Shown here: one piece after another, positions 37,134-46,870 of the stretch
Position numbering within the stretch: the stretch's first letter is position 1
Layout of the letters: each line of letters begins with the position of its first letter
From: Escherichia phage vb_EcoM-VR5
Length of the DNA: 64,000 nt
Sequence record: NC_028881.1
Direction: 5' to 3' (one strand)
Translations under genes and position numbers: made by a program
Notes under the pieces: model-generated
Seen by the model: only the letters and a program-made list of their open reading frames with translations
Databases searched by the model: none
Told to the model about the DNA's origin: nothing

Positions 37134-37375
37134 TCATATGACCCCTTAAAAATCTGGATGTTCGTCATTCATTAGCCAGCCGTCCATGTTATCATCGCTG
37201 CCACCACTTCTTAAGTTGATGAGAATCCACCCAAACCTTGGCTACAGGCTCAATCTGAAAAATTCCATCAGATAACCTGCCTACCATTTTGTATTCGGTT
37301 TCAGACTGCTTAATACAGATATTACCGTACGAACGAAGTCTGAAAGCGGCTCCAATAAGAAGCCGTTTAAAGGGT

Positions 37376-37687
37376 TTATTTACTAGCGCCATTGATAATT
37401 TCCCAAATCTGTTTACGTGTAGTTTCCCACATAACTCTAACGATTTCATCGGTAGTCGGTTGTCGGTAAATACCACGCAATTTAATTATAGCATATTTGT
37501 AAGCTTCGAAATTGTTTTCGAGAACAGCACCCTGTGCATGTTTATTAAGACGTGTAATTTCACGAGCATTCTTTTTAAGGATTTTAGCAGCCTGTGAATC
37601 GGCTTCTTTAGCATTGTTCTCTTCTAAACGCTTCTGAGCTTCTTCAATCTGCTTATCAGTCAATTGAGAAATGTCGGTGCTTTGCAT
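37376..37687 (-). CDS. hypothetical protein (103 aa)
   Basis: ORF with RBS AAGGA. Confidence 0.55.
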   Translation of the reverse strand: MQSTDISQLTDKQIEEAQKRLEENNAKEADSQAAKILKKNAREITRLNKHAQGAVLENNFEAYKYAIIKLRGIYRQPTTDEIVRVMWETTRKQIWEIINGASK

Positions 37688-37688
37688 A

Positions 37689-37952
37689 TTAATCCTTGTA
37701 ATTCAATTTTATATAAAAATCTTCGTCAGTAACGTGATAGTTATAAGTTAATGTTCCTTTTTCAGTTTTAATTTCTACCGAATCGGGGTGTTTTGGGTCT
37801 ATTACAATAGGAAGTTTGGCAATATCCTTAAGATACATTTTAAGAACATAAGGAATTGCCGAATACTCTCCATCTACTTCTTCTAAAAGGCCTACCAGGT
37901 TAATCTTGAGTTCCATATAAAAAATCCAGCTCACCAACTTTAGATTCAGCAC
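37689..37952 (-). CDS. hypothetical protein (87 aa)
   Basis: ORF. Confidence 0.5.
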   Translation of the reverse strand: MLNLKLVSWIFYMELKINLVGLLEEVDGEYSAIPYVLKMYLKDIAKLPIVIDPKHPDSVEIKTEKGTLTYNYHVTDEDFYIKLNYKD

Positions 37953-38457
37953 TCTTATCAGACCCTGGCGCTTTAACTAAAGAGGTTTCATACTGAGTCA
38001 TTTTGTCGTAAATATCCTGGATAAAAGTTTCATCTGCGATACCTACCATGTCGTCGTCATTAGCGTCATAAACGTTATGGACGAAGTAGCTATATTTCTT
38101 TGCCATTTCTTTACGTTCTTTCTTGATACGCTGAACAAAGGCATTAAAACAAGCCATAGTGATATATGCATGTGGGTTGTCGTATTTTGTTTCGTCGAAG
38201 TTGTGAAGACCTTTAATAGAAGCTTCGATTCCATCAGCAATCATTTCTTGCTTCCAGGATTGGGTATATCCGGAGAAGTTAAAACGTTTACTTAGGCCTT
38301 CAGCAATGAGCATAATAGCCAAGCCGATAACGTCGTTCTGACGAACTATTTTATTAGGGTCGGTATTTTCTCGGAGCTCTGTTTTCCACTGGGTAATGGC
38401 TTTCAGAAGCTCCTTATTATTTACATAGTTATTTTTAGTCAGTTTAATTTCGGTCAT
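37900..38457 (-). CDS. 55: late sigma factor gp55
   Basis: 185-aa ORF; long stretches match my recollection of T4 gp55 ([44 protein letters not shown]). Confidence 0.9.
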   Translation of the reverse strand: MTEIKLTKNNYVNNKELLKAITQWKTELRENTDPNKIVRQNDVIGLAIMLIAEGLSKRFNFSGYTQSWKQEMIADGIEASIKGLHNFDETKYDNPHAYITMACFNAFVQRIKKERKEMAKKYSYFVHNVYDANDDDMVGIADETFIQDIYDKMTQYETSLVKAPGSDKSAESKVGELDFLYGTQD

Positions 38458-38480
38458 TGTTACCTCAGATAACTCAAATC

Positions 38481-38520
38481 ATAGGTCTATTATATCATAG
38501 TATTTGGAGACCCGTTTAAA
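38481..38520 (-). promoter_or_regulatory. extended -10 promoter upstream of gene 55
   Basis: TGATATAAT followed by AGACCTATG. Confidence 0.4.
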
Positions 38521-38523
38521 GCA

Positions 38524-38787
38524 TCAACGGAGTAAGCAATAAGCCTGAAATACTGTTTCAAGGATTTGTGTGAACTCAGAATAAGAAATTGTATCAGTGC
38601 ATCCGTGTTCAGACATGTATCCGCAAAATTCTTTAAAAAGACCCGGATATTCACGATGGTTGTATTTGGAGATGTGAGACTTCCATACTAAAGAAGTCTC
38701 GCCACAAACAAACTCTACATCCATACAGTTATCTATTAAGAAAAATCCGAGACCTTCGTAAGCGAGGGTGCTAGATATAGGTTTCAT
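38524..38787 (-). CDS. hypothetical protein (87 aa)
   Basis: ORF. Confidence 0.55.
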   Translation of the reverse strand: MKPISSTLAYEGLGFFLIDNCMDVEFVCGETSLVWKSHISKYNHREYPGLFKEFCGYMSEHGCTDTISYSEFTQILETVFQAYCLLR

Positions 38788-39056
38788 TGTAGGAATCGGG
38801 CTCCTTCTAGTGCATCATCAAGGTTATCAAACTCATCAACGTAATCAATACCACCAACTTCATCCTTTGCATACAGCCAGTACTGTTTAAATTCATATTC
38901 GATAATAAAGTGGTCGCCTTCGATTTGAAGTACGCCAGCATCATTTTCACATACGGTATAACCAACCAGTCGAATGTCGTTCAAGAGTTCGTTTTTCATA
39001 GTAATTGTTTCCAGGTTCTTCTCGTAATTAGAGAGTTTAATTTTAGGTAAAGTCAT
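38784..39056 (-). CDS. hypothetical protein (90 aa)
   Basis: ORF, ATGA-coupled. Confidence 0.55.
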   Translation of the reverse strand: MTLPKIKLSNYEKNLETITMKNELLNDIRLVGYTVCENDAGVLQIEGDHFIIEYEFKQYWLYAKDEVGGIDYVDEFDNLDDALEGARFLQ

Positions 39057-39382
39057 TTCGCAGCCTTAACAATTTTCAGGTCAACGAATTTTTTCTTACG
39101 TTGGTTTTTCATACGTCGAATAGTTTTATCTGTGATTTCACCCGGGTGCCAAGCTTTAGATTCAACACCAAAGGCAGCAACATCAAACTCGTCAAGGATA
39201 TATTGAACCAGGATTTCACGAATACCGTTATGACCGATTTTTTGGTCTTTAGAGCGCATGATTGGTAACAGTTCAGCAACCCATTGGTCAAGAATCTGAG
39301 GAGTTACAAAGCCAGTTTTCATCAGTTCGTTAACTTTATCGAAAGCGAAAGAGTTCAGTACGTTTTTGATTGCTTGTGACAT
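39053..39382 (-). CDS. hypothetical protein (109 aa)
   Basis: ORF, RBS GAGGAAA. Confidence 0.55.
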   Translation of the reverse strand: MSQAIKNVLNSFAFDKVNELMKTGFVTPQILDQWVAELLPIMRSKDQKIGHNGIREILVQYILDEFDVAAFGVESKAWHPGEITDKTIRRMKNQRKKKFVDLKIVKAAK

Positions 39383-39453
39383 AATAATTTCCTCAGTTTA
39401 TTAAAATTTATAATCCGTAGGACCATTATACTCTGGTCCCAAGAGTTTGTAAA

Positions 39454-39654
39454 CTATTTTTGTGCTAATGCACCTTTCCAGCCTTCATACATCATTCCGG
39501 CTGAAAGTAACAAAGCGCCTGAACAGCTTGAGTGTTTGTGATTCCAAAACCAATTCAGAAAAACTTCGTCATCAATACCTTGAGCTATCATATTTTCAAA
39601 GAACTGACGACGAGCTTCGGCAATACGTTGTGACAGTAAAGATTGTGGATTCAT
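39454..39654 (-). CDS. hypothetical protein (66 aa; start at ATG with RBS GAGGAAA)
   Basis: ORF. Confidence 0.5.
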   Translation of the reverse strand: MNPQSLLSQRIAEARRQFFENMIAQGIDDEVFLNWFWNHKHSSCSGALLLSAGMMYEGWKGALAQK

Positions 39655-39661
39655 ATTTTCC

Positions 39662-39955
39662 TCAGCTATAACGATAACATTCGTTTGATTTACGTTTTGC
39701 AACTCGATGAGAAGTATTGTAATCAGGTTCATCGTCGTTGTAAACATCTTTTTTCAGCTTTCTCACTTCTTTACGAAGCTGACGATTCATTTCATTCTTA
39801 ACTTCGGAATCAACACCACCCATACGTTTCCACTTATCAGAACGGAAGATATTCTCTTCAACTTGTTCCTGACTTACACCGTCCGGTGCTTTACGACGTC
39901 CTGAATAACAAAAATCTTTTACAGACAATTCTTTACGACGAATAGTTTTACCCAT
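39662..39955 (-). CDS. hypothetical basic protein (97 aa)
   Basis: ORF. Confidence 0.5.
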   Translation of the reverse strand: MGKTIRRKELSVKDFCYSGRRKAPDGVSQEQVEENIFRSDKWKRMGGVDSEVKNEMNRQLRKEVRKLKKDVYNDDEPDYNTSHRVAKRKSNECYRYS

Positions 39956-39957
39956 AG

Positions 39958-40212
39958 TTACCTCAGCAGTTTGTATCCAATAAGATTTTTGATATACTGA
40001 ATATCTTTGATATCCAAATCCAACTTAAGGTCTTTCAGACGTTCAGCCAGAGTAAGAAATGTTACTCGCTTCCAATTTTTAACAGGGCAGCAATAAGTCT
40101 TAGGCCCATTTGCAATTTCAATATTTTTATCTGTGATGGTGAGAAAAATCAGGCGCTCATCATCAAGGTTCAGGGTGATGACATTTTTCATTGCATGTAA
40201 TTTCAGGCTCAT
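39958..40212 (-). CDS. hypothetical protein (84 aa)
   Basis: ORF. Confidence 0.5.
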   Translation of the reverse strand: MSLKLHAMKNVITLNLDDERLIFLTITDKNIEIANGPKTYCCPVKNWKRVTFLTLAERLKDLKLDLDIKDIQYIKNLIGYKLLR

Positions 40213-40391
40213 GATTTAATTTCCTTTGCTACTGAACAAAACACAGAGCGGTCACACACCATCAACGGGGCATCAGGCCAATTCAAAGGTTGATACCAGA
40301 CATCCAGACTTGATACTTTAGTTACTTGAACAGGATAGCCGTTTACTGAAAAATACTGGTCAACTTTAATTTCTTTATCTTGAATAGTCAT
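40209..40391 (-). CDS. hypothetical protein (60 aa)
   Basis: ORF with promoter motif upstream. Confidence 0.5.
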   Translation of the reverse strand: MTIQDKEIKVDQYFSVNGYPVQVTKVSSLDVWYQPLNWPDAPLMVCDRSVFCSVAKEIKS

Positions 40392-40407
40392 AATGTTCTC
40401 CTCATGT

Positions 40408-40449
40408 GTTGATAGGATAGACTATAACACACAAGGAGAGGAAGTAAAC
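40408..40449 (-). promoter_or_regulatory. early promoter family member
   Basis: GTTTAC ... TATAGTCTATCCTATCAAC. Confidence 0.5.
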
Positions 40450-40450
40450 A

Positions 40451-40768
40451 CTAATCTTCAATTAAATCTCGGTCATAACCAAGTTCAATCAAAAGTGTCT
40501 TAAAAGAAGGAATATTTTCTATTTTCTTATTATCAACAAAGATAACAGGATAACGTATAGCTAAGCTCTTGAAGCCGGCACGTTTGGCCAATGATACTAT
40601 AAGAGGCTTGTCATATACTGCACCTGACGGCGTCTGGTTAATCACAGGATAGAAAGTATATTGAATGGAAAGGGAATTTAGGAGCGATAGAACTGCAATG
40701 CACCCTGGACAGCGCATGACTGTCTCAGGGATACCGTAGATTTCGATTTTAGTTGACTTTTGGTCCAC
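40451..40768 (-). CDS. glutaredoxin-like redoxin (CPGC active site); GTG start
   Basis: IEIYG...CPGC...YPVIFVD glutaredoxin-fold motifs; SD AAGGAG 9 nt before GTG; track ORF N-terminus is an extension. Confidence 0.5.
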   Translation of the reverse strand: MDQKSTKIEIYGIPETVMRCPGCIAVLSLLNSLSIQYTFYPVINQTPSGAVYDKPLIVSLAKRAGFKSLAIRYPVIFVDNKKIENIPSFKTLLIELGYDRDLIED

Positions 40769-41048
40769 AGGAAATAACTCCTTGGTAGTCCCAAGTTTTG
40801 ATAACTTCTTCATCATCAATGGTTTTATACGGGACATAAACCTGAATAAGGAAACCGGTGTCATCGAAAGAGAAATAAACCGTTGGTTTGATTCCATGAA
40901 TCTCAGATAGAGCATAGATATCTTTAAGGTCTTCTTCTTTATCAGCAAAGAATTCCGGGTTAAGGTCGCAGTCATGGAAGTACCAGTCATCACCGAACTT
41001 GTCCCATTCGGTCCAATTGGTAGCTACATATTCTTCGAAACGTTTCAT
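40749..41048 (-). CDS. hypothetical acidic protein (99 aa)
   Basis: ORF, ATGA-coupled to upstream gene. Confidence 0.55.
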   Translation of the reverse strand: MKRFEEYVATNWTEWDKFGDDWYFHDCDLNPEFFADKEEDLKDIYALSEIHGIKPTVYFSFDDTGFLIQVYVPYKTIDDEEVIKTWDYQGVISCGPKVN

Positions 41049-41260
41049 TCTTTCACCTTCAGCATTTTTGCGATAACACTATGAATAGCCTGGATACGTT
41101 TGTTGAACTCAGACTCTTCAAGACCCTTTTCAGTACTCAGCCATCCGATGATAACAAACAGCAATCCGAACGGAATAGCCAGGATTAAAAGGCACACGAT
41201 AAACAAGACCAGTGTAATGTTAGCCAGAATATCAGAAGCAGCATTACGAAAATTATTCAT
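41045..41260 (-). CDS. small membrane protein (71 aa)
   Basis: hydrophobic ORF. Confidence 0.55.
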   Translation of the reverse strand: MNNFRNAASDILANITLVLFIVCLLILAIPFGLLFVIIGWLSTEKGLEESEFNKRIQAIHSVIAKMLKVKE

Positions 41261-41385
41261 AGGATAACCCAGGTATTATTGACAACAAATAACCATAGAG
41301 CTGGATACTCTACACCCATACGACGGATAATATCATTCATAGCTTCAGTTAGAGCATAGAACGTGTAACCATAAAAATTAATCAT
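41257..41385 (-). CDS. small hypothetical protein (42 aa)
   Basis: hand-translated MINFYGYTFYALTEAMNDIIRRMGVEYP...; ATGA overlaps with gene 49 stop and next ORF start. Confidence 0.35.
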   Translation of the reverse strand: MINFYGYTFYALTEAMNDIIRRMGVEYPALWLFVVNNTWVIL

Positions 41386-41855
41386 TTAAGCGATTTCCTC
41401 AGTTGTTTTTTAAATGAATCAACCATTTGTTTCTTAGTGTCGGATTCATTATAAGTCATTCCATGTGAAAGCATTTCAGCAATCATTTCTTCCTTACCTA
41501 ATCTACTGAACTCTTTGGTTTTATCAGGAACGAAATTCGGGTGGATATTATTTTCAGTGTAATCGGTTTTCAGATAGACTAGCAAATTCTCTAACCATTC
41601 GAGGTAGTCAACGTTTTGACCTTTCAAACCAGAACGGTTGAACTTATGCTTCATTTGTCCCTCTGCAGCATTGCACAGGTTACATAGTAAACCACGAACC
41701 TTACCAGCTTTTGGCCCGTTCAATTCATGGTCGTGGTCAAGGTGGTTACTTTGAACATCAGGGTTTAATTCACGTTTACAAATCAAACACTTACCATCCT
41801 GTGCATCATAAAGTTTTTGTTTTTCTTCTTTGTATAATTTGCCAGTCAACAACAT
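41382..41855 (-). CDS. 49: endonuclease VII (Holliday junction resolvase, gp49)
   Basis: 157-aa ORF near-identical to recalled T4 endo VII (MLLTGKLYKEEKQK...CLIC...HLDHDH). Confidence 0.92.
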   Translation of the reverse strand: MLLTGKLYKEEKQKLYDAQDGKCLICKRELNPDVQSNHLDHDHELNGPKAGKVRGLLCNLCNAAEGQMKHKFNRSGLKGQNVDYLEWLENLLVYLKTDYTENNIHPNFVPDKTKEFSRLGKEEMIAEMLSHGMTYNESDTKKQMVDSFKKQLRKSLK

Positions 41856-41860
41856 AATAA

Positions 41861-41885
41861 ACCCTTACCTGTATTAGATAAGGGT
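41861..41885 (-). promoter_or_regulatory. hairpin overlapping translation initiation region of gene 49
   Basis: accctta-(11 nt)-taagggt stem next to AATAAATA element. Confidence 0.4.
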
Positions 41886-42066
41886 ATTTATTAAATATTA
41901 TAAAACGAGCGATGCAACCGTTTAAATTGTCGAATCATCTTTTTAGTAGGATGAGTATATAATCCTACGCAGGTGACCATAAACCGGTCAGTAGGACTTC
42001 CTTTGATAAGAAGTTTCCAGACCTTACCACCATTTAACTTTTCGGTATAGACTAATACAGTTTTCA

Positions 42067-42240
42067 TTAGAACGCCTTATCAGAAAAGCGAAGTTGAGCT
42101 TCAAGCCAATGGATATAATCAGCCGCGGCAAAAATTAAATCAGATTCTTCATCAGATAACTTACGGGAATCCGACAGCTCGTAAAGAGAATGTTCAATCA
42201 GACGACCTTTATGTCGGCCAACTTCAATTTTGGTACTCAT
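42067..42240 (-). CDS. small hypothetical protein (57 aa)
   Basis: hand-translated ORF with SD ACGGAG; low certainty. Confidence 0.3.
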   Translation of the reverse strand: MSTKIEVGRHKGRLIEHSLYELSDSRKLSDEESDLIFAAADYIHWLEAQLRFSDKAF

Positions 42241-42356
42241 ACCCAAACTCCGTATCGATTAATTCATTGTTTGAAGGTTCATTATACTCTATTTCGGAAT
42301 CGTTGTAAACCGGTTCCTCTGGCTCGGTAGTTTCCCACCGAGCGACATACCATGGC

Positions 42357-42665
42357 TTAACGGTCACACCACCAACTACTTACTTCAAAATCGGGTTCAC
42401 CGTCTTCCCAGAACCAGGGGCCAACCGGATGCCAATCGCCATGCTTATCTTCTTCATATTCTTCAGATTCAAGTCCAACGTATTGCCATTGGACTTCATA
42501 AGCAATGTCGCCGATTACAACAGTGTTCTCGCCATACGGGTTAGCCACAACAAAGTCAATACCTTCTGCTTTAGCCAACCAAACCATGTATTCATATAGC
42601 TTATATTCTAGGTCATCTTCGGTACCGTCACCTAGAAAAATGGTCTGTTCGTTTAATTCAATCAT
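42357..42665 (-). CDS. hypothetical acidic protein (102 aa)
   Basis: ORF. Confidence 0.55.
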   Translation of the reverse strand: MIELNEQTIFLGDGTEDDLEYKLYEYMVWLAKAEGIDFVVANPYGENTVVIGDIAYEVQWQYVGLESEEYEEDKHGDWHPVGPWFWEDGEPDFEVSSWWCDR

Positions 42666-42850
42666 AATTCCACCATAAATTCAAATAGCTGGTCACGTAC
42701 ACAAGTATCAGTCCAACCCCATTCGTTGGCTTCTTCTTTTAACCAATCCGGGAGATTTGCCAATACGATTTCTTTACTAGGCGCAGGAGTATCAAACTCT
42801 CTTGCAAACTCTCTTGCGCAGGTTTCATAAGCTGTATCAAATTCGGTCAT
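42662..42850 (-). CDS. hypothetical protein (62 aa)
   Basis: ORF, ATGA-coupled. Confidence 0.5.
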   Translation of the reverse strand: MTEFDTAYETCAREFAREFDTPAPSKEIVLANLPDWLKEEANEWGWTDTCVRDQLFEFMVEL

Positions 42851-43014
42851 TTAAAGTTCCAGAATGAAGCACCAACCAGAAATAAAGGCCAACAAATCAT
42901 AGACGTCAGCCACCAACAAAAATCACCTACACCGAAATCATCTAATTTAGCTAGGGTCTTAGCATAACCAATACCGATGATAATATACAAAACACCCAAC
43001 ATTAATTCAATCAT
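42847..43014 (-). CDS. small membrane peptide (55 aa)
   Basis: hand-translated MIELMLGVLYIIIGIGYAK...; ATG overlaps nrdC stop, stop overlaps next ATG. Confidence 0.4.
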   Translation of the reverse strand: MIELMLGVLYIIIGIGYAKTLAKLDDFGVGDFCWWLTSMICWPLFLVGASFWNFK

Positions 43015-43274
43015 TTGAAATATTCTCGCAGTTCAGTGAATCCACCAATATGACTTCCGTCAGGAGCAAACACTTGTGGCATAGTCAAGCCAATTTGGGA
43101 TTCGCGACCAAGTTTAGCCAGGAGTTGAGCAATCTTCTCATCATCAAACACGCCTTTTTCTGGCATAACGTTCACGAACTCGTAAGGTTGTTTCTTAACA
43201 TCCAAAAAACGTTTAGCATTATCACAGAAAACACAACGATGAATATTTGAATCATAACCATAAATTTTAAACAT
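43011..43274 (-). CDS. nrdC: thioredoxin (NrdC)
   Basis: 87-aa ORF; CVFC active site; near-identical to recalled T4 NrdC. Confidence 0.88.
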   Translation of the reverse strand: MFKIYGYDSNIHRCVFCDNAKRFLDVKKQPYEFVNVMPEKGVFDDEKIAQLLAKLGRESQIGLTMPQVFAPDGSHIGGFTELREYFK

Positions 43275-43275
43275 T

Positions 43276-43512
43276 TTAAATTCCTAATACTTGTTTGAAG
43301 GTCTCAGTATAATCAGGGTATTGACCGGTTTGTTCTTTATGTTTGTCCATAATATCATAAACTTCTGAACGCACATTATTATACGAGCGAGTTAAAGCGG
43401 ATTTCAATACTGAATAACTATCCGGAAATTTACCGTGTTCTTTATAATAGGCCAGAGTTAATTCACGGACCGCCTTATCAGCAGTCTCAAGATATTCTTT
43501 ACGCTTTGCCAT
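43276..43512 (-). CDS. hypothetical protein (78 aa; trimmed start)
   Basis: ORF. Confidence 0.45.
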   Translation of the reverse strand: MAKRKEYLETADKAVRELTLAYYKEHGKFPDSYSVLKSALTRSYNNVRSEVYDIMDKHKEQTGQYPDYTETFKQVLGI

Positions 43513-43810
43513 TTTCGTCTCGCTCAAATTTGTGTTTACAATGACGGCATTTATAACGAAGATTGCTAGTCTGCCAATGCACCAGTTGGACCTGTTCAGT
43601 TCCGCATTCCGGACAGTTAGGAACATTCTTGGAAGCTTGTTCACGACGACTAACCATAGCCATCACAGCATCCCAATTAACAGGGCTATAATCATCGCAC
43701 CCATGAATTTTTCCAATCAATTCAACTTCATCGTCCTCGGCTTCTTTAATAAATTTCAATAAACCTGTATTAGAGGCTGCAGCAATATCTTCTCTTAAAC
43801 GATTTTTCAT
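43499..43810 (-). CDS. zinc-ribbon protein (103 aa)
   Basis: CPECG...CRHCKH. Confidence 0.55.
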   Translation of the reverse strand: MKNRLREDIAAASNTGLLKFIKEAEDDEVELIGKIHGCDDYSPVNWDAVMAMVSRREQASKNVPNCPECGTEQVQLVHWQTSNLRYKCRHCKHKFERDENGKA

Positions 43811-44814
43811 TTCAGCAGCTCCAGAGCGTGTTCAAGACGGTCTAAACGATTAGTGGACTCTTCCCAAAGTTTCTTAGCAGCAGTATATTGTCCAGTCAGT
43901 TTTTTGTTAATAGCAAGGGCGTCTTTATATGCTTTTTCCAGAGCAATTATTTCCGGCAACTTGGATTTAGTAATTGGTGTAGGGGCCATGATAGGGCTAT
44001 TCAAGTCATTAATCAAGTCTTCTAATGTAGCAGGCTCTTTATCAGTGTTCACAATTTCCTCACATTTTTCTTGGTAAATTTCGGCGTCAGTTTTTGGAAC
44101 AGCACATTTGATTTCGCGAACTTTTACTAGGACTTCATATCCTTTCCAGCCTAAGGTGCGTTTGATTTCTTGAGTCTCATATTTCTCTACCGTATCCATC
44201 AGGGCTAAAGCCTGTTCGACGGTATTCAGAGTTTCATAAGAAATATCTTGGTACTTTACAACTTCCGCTTCATCTTTAGGTTTCCGGTTTGGTGACCAGA
44301 TAATAGAAATAAGCACCCTTCCTTTATAAGCATTTGTTTTAATCATGCAATTCGCCAATGGGTGGATAGTACGACCGTCACCGGCAACTACAGTTTTAGT
44401 GGCTGCTTTGAGAATTAATGCAGAGTTAGCCTTAAATTCGGCGGCCCAACGTTGTGGAAATAGGGTACTAAGGTCCATACCTTTAATTTTGATATACCCT
44501 TTTAAAACATCACCAAACCATTTGTAGTTAACATGAGCCGGACTACGATATTTCTCTTTGCCAAAGTCGGAAAGGAGGTCCTTATTGACCAAGCGTGAAA
44601 GCAGTCGAGACCCTTTAAAAGTTTCAGTGATATCAGAAATAAACAAACGGCCCGCAATCTTTTCGATTTCAGATTTAAAACACCGTGACAAATCTTCATC
44701 AATTTGGTCAACCCATTTACTGATATTAGAAACTATTACCTCATACGGCGTTAATGGAGGCGTAGTGGTAGTAATATACGCAGTGAAGGCTTTGATATAT
44801 TCGTTACGTGACAT
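43807..44814 (-). CDS. hypothetical protein (335 aa)
   Basis: ORF from ATG with RBS GAGGAGAA; promoter motif upstream. Confidence 0.65.
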   Translation of the reverse strand: MSRNEYIKAFTAYITTTTPPLTPYEVIVSNISKWVDQIDEDLSRCFKSEIEKIAGRLFISDITETFKGSRLLSRLVNKDLLSDFGKEKYRSPAHVNYKWFGDVLKGYIKIKGMDLSTLFPQRWAAEFKANSALILKAATKTVVAGDGRTIHPLANCMIKTNAYKGRVLISIIWSPNRKPKDEAEVVKYQDISYETLNTVEQALALMDTVEKYETQEIKRTLGWKGYEVLVKVREIKCAVPKTDAEIYQEKCEEIVNTDKEPATLEDLINDLNSPIMAPTPITKSKLPEIIALEKAYKDALAINKKLTGQYTAAKKLWEESTNRLDRLEHALELLK

Positions 44815-44834
44815 GATATTCTCCTCAGTAGATT

Positions 44835-44871
44835 TAGAAAGATTATACTCCATCCGTCCTTGGATGTAAAC
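44835..44871 (-). promoter_or_regulatory. early promoter (-35 GTTTAC, -10 TATAAT)
   Basis: consensus hexamers 18 nt apart. Confidence 0.5.
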
Positions 44872-44872
44872 A

Positions 44873-45742
44873 CTATTTTAGAGCTTTTACTGCAGCGCGA
44901 AGCTTGTCACGCTGGATTTCCATATTCTTGATGCGAATCAATACGTCTTGAATACTCTTTTTCTCATCTTCGATCTGACCGTTTAAACGGTGGATTGATT
45001 CCTGGATGTAGTCCTCATGATACTTCTCGATAGGTTTCATCGTAGGGTTAGTAACAACCATAGAATTATCAGGTGTAATTTTCCAATGATACGGTTTGGA
45101 ATTGAATGGACTAGGCACCGCGGTGGTTTTGAATTTGTCATAGGCTGCATACTGGCCTACACTGTCACATGATACTGCAGAGATACGACGTTCCATTTGT
45201 GGTTCCTTTTGTTGGGATTGATAAGGGGCATAAGACAAAAGATATTGTCGAGTTAGTTTAACTCTGATATACACGGCATCGGCTCGCCCGGAACAATCAG
45301 CATATTCATCGGTTGTAACTTTATATGATTCTACTGCCTTAATACGAGTCATTGCCTCTCTGAATAAGGTTTCGAATGCTTCACGAAGGGCCTTATTACC
45401 TTTTGAGGTAGGACGGAAACGAACTTGGATACCGTCAGCCAGAATATTAATGACTAAGTTACGAGGGGTAAAATTAATATTCTTGATATTAACAGGAACC
45501 GTAACAATGCGCCCTGCTGTAGACAAAAGGTCTTTGATATTAGCTCGTAATGTTGCAGCAAATAAATGAGCAGGGCTACGGCAGTAATCATTCAAAGAAG
45601 AGATATAAGTTCCTTTACGACCTACGCCATAAGTATAACTACCATTACAAATATAGCCAAAGTCAGCTAGCCGGTCAATAGCGATACGACGAGTCGTGTC
45701 ATGGTCATATATAGAGTATTCTTTACGTGTTTTAATGTTCAT
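44873..45742 (-). CDS. hypothetical protein (289 aa) with C-terminal coiled coil
   Basis: ORF; start set at ATG adjacent to upstream stop. Confidence 0.6.
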   Translation of the reverse strand: MNIKTRKEYSIYDHDTTRRIAIDRLADFGYICNGSYTYGVGRKGTYISSLNDYCRSPAHLFAATLRANIKDLLSTAGRIVTVPVNIKNINFTPRNLVINILADGIQVRFRPTSKGNKALREAFETLFREAMTRIKAVESYKVTTDEYADCSGRADAVYIRVKLTRQYLLSYAPYQSQQKEPQMERRISAVSCDSVGQYAAYDKFKTTAVPSPFNSKPYHWKITPDNSMVVTNPTMKPIEKYHEDYIQESIHRLNGQIEDEKKSIQDVLIRIKNMEIQRDKLRAAVKALK

Positions 45743-45743
45743 A

Positions 45744-45959
45744 TTAAAGTCCAAATAATTTTTCATAGAGTTTAGCGAATGGCCACAGCACGACCATAAC
45801 TGCACAAACAAACCAAAGCAAAGGCCATACTAGTGTAATGAATACTGCATCATAACTTGACTCAATTTCGACCGGATTCCAATCACCGGATTTATGAATA
45901 AAGACGGCCGTTATGAATCCTAATACAAAATAAAGGAAAATAAAACCTAAGATTTCCAT
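45744..45959 (-). CDS. small membrane protein (71 aa)
   Basis: hydrophobic ORF. Confidence 0.55.
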   Translation of the reverse strand: MEILGFIFLYFVLGFITAVFIHKSGDWNPVEIESSYDAVFITLVWPLLWFVCAVMVVLWPFAKLYEKLFGL

Positions 45960-45961
45960 AA

Positions 45962-46807
45962 TTAATCCTTAAGAAGATTTAGAATATCAAGATATTTTTG
46001 ACGTTCGGCCTTGGCTTTAGCATTCAGACCGGAAAGTCGGAAAATCTCATCGTCTTGGCGCTGGATTTCAACATTCAAGCAAGTAATCAAATTAGTAAAA
46101 TACTCAAGCTGGGTTTGGTGTTTCTCATTGCTACGCACTGGTACAGGTTCCGCTTTAGGAGCTTGTTCTGAATGATTCTTAACTTCATTGCCTGGCCTAA
46201 TAAGTTTAATACGCCAACCTGTATTGGTATGAACATTATCGAAGGTAAGAATACCACTACGTTCAAGTTCGGTCAACGCCAATCGGAGATGGAATTTCCA
46301 GTTGTCGTATTGACATCCACTAAAAGTGGAAGTAAGATACTCGTTTTCATTACCTGGTTGGTTAACAATATTAAAGATAATCCAATCACCAGAGCCATTG
46401 GTCTTAAATGGCATTTGCTTATCTTGGCCTGAAGCCATACGAGCACCAAGTGCTAGTAAACGACGTTGGTTGGTACGAAGGTCTTTAACAACTTCATCAA
46501 ATGTCATCGCCGGGATTAAACGACCATAGAGGTCATAGCCTTTGTTATAATTTTTAAGAATAATTTTGGCGTTAGCACGAGACAACATACCTGCCCTGTG
46601 AAGAGATTTCATGACTCGGTCTTCTAACGTAAACAAACCTTTAGTCTTGTCAAAGATTTTAGTGAATTCATCTACAGCAATACAAACTTCAAACTTTTCC
46701 CACATCATGGCCAAAACCTTTTCAACCACTTCTTTATTCAGTGGAATACGACCAAATTTAATAACTTTTTTAACTTCAGAACGAATTTGATTAATTGCCT
46801 GTGACAT
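45962..46807 (-). CDS. hypothetical protein (281 aa)
   Basis: ORF with RBS GAGGAAA. Confidence 0.65.
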   Translation of the reverse strand: MSQAINQIRSEVKKVIKFGRIPLNKEVVEKVLAMMWEKFEVCIAVDEFTKIFDKTKGLFTLEDRVMKSLHRAGMLSRANAKIILKNYNKGYDLYGRLIPAMTFDEVVKDLRTNQRRLLALGARMASGQDKQMPFKTNGSGDWIIFNIVNQPGNENEYLTSTFSGCQYDNWKFHLRLALTELERSGILTFDNVHTNTGWRIKLIRPGNEVKNHSEQAPKAEPVPVRSNEKHQTQLEYFTNLITCLNVEIQRQDDEIFRLSGLNAKAKAERQKYLDILNLLKD

Positions 46808-46870
46808 AATAATTTCCTCAGTAAGTAATTAAGAACCTAGAACCATTATACCATCCTTGGTATAAAGCGT

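Noticed and set aside
37192-37476. 94-aa ORF between the gene 47 region and ORF 37376-37687
   Set aside because: Overlaps the better-supported 103-aa ORF by about 100 nt in another frame and has no convincing RBS; left unannotated.
41890-42067. Possible 58-aa ORF starting MKTVLVYTEK
   Set aside because: My hand translation did not give a consistent frame length between start and stop, so I could not verify it.
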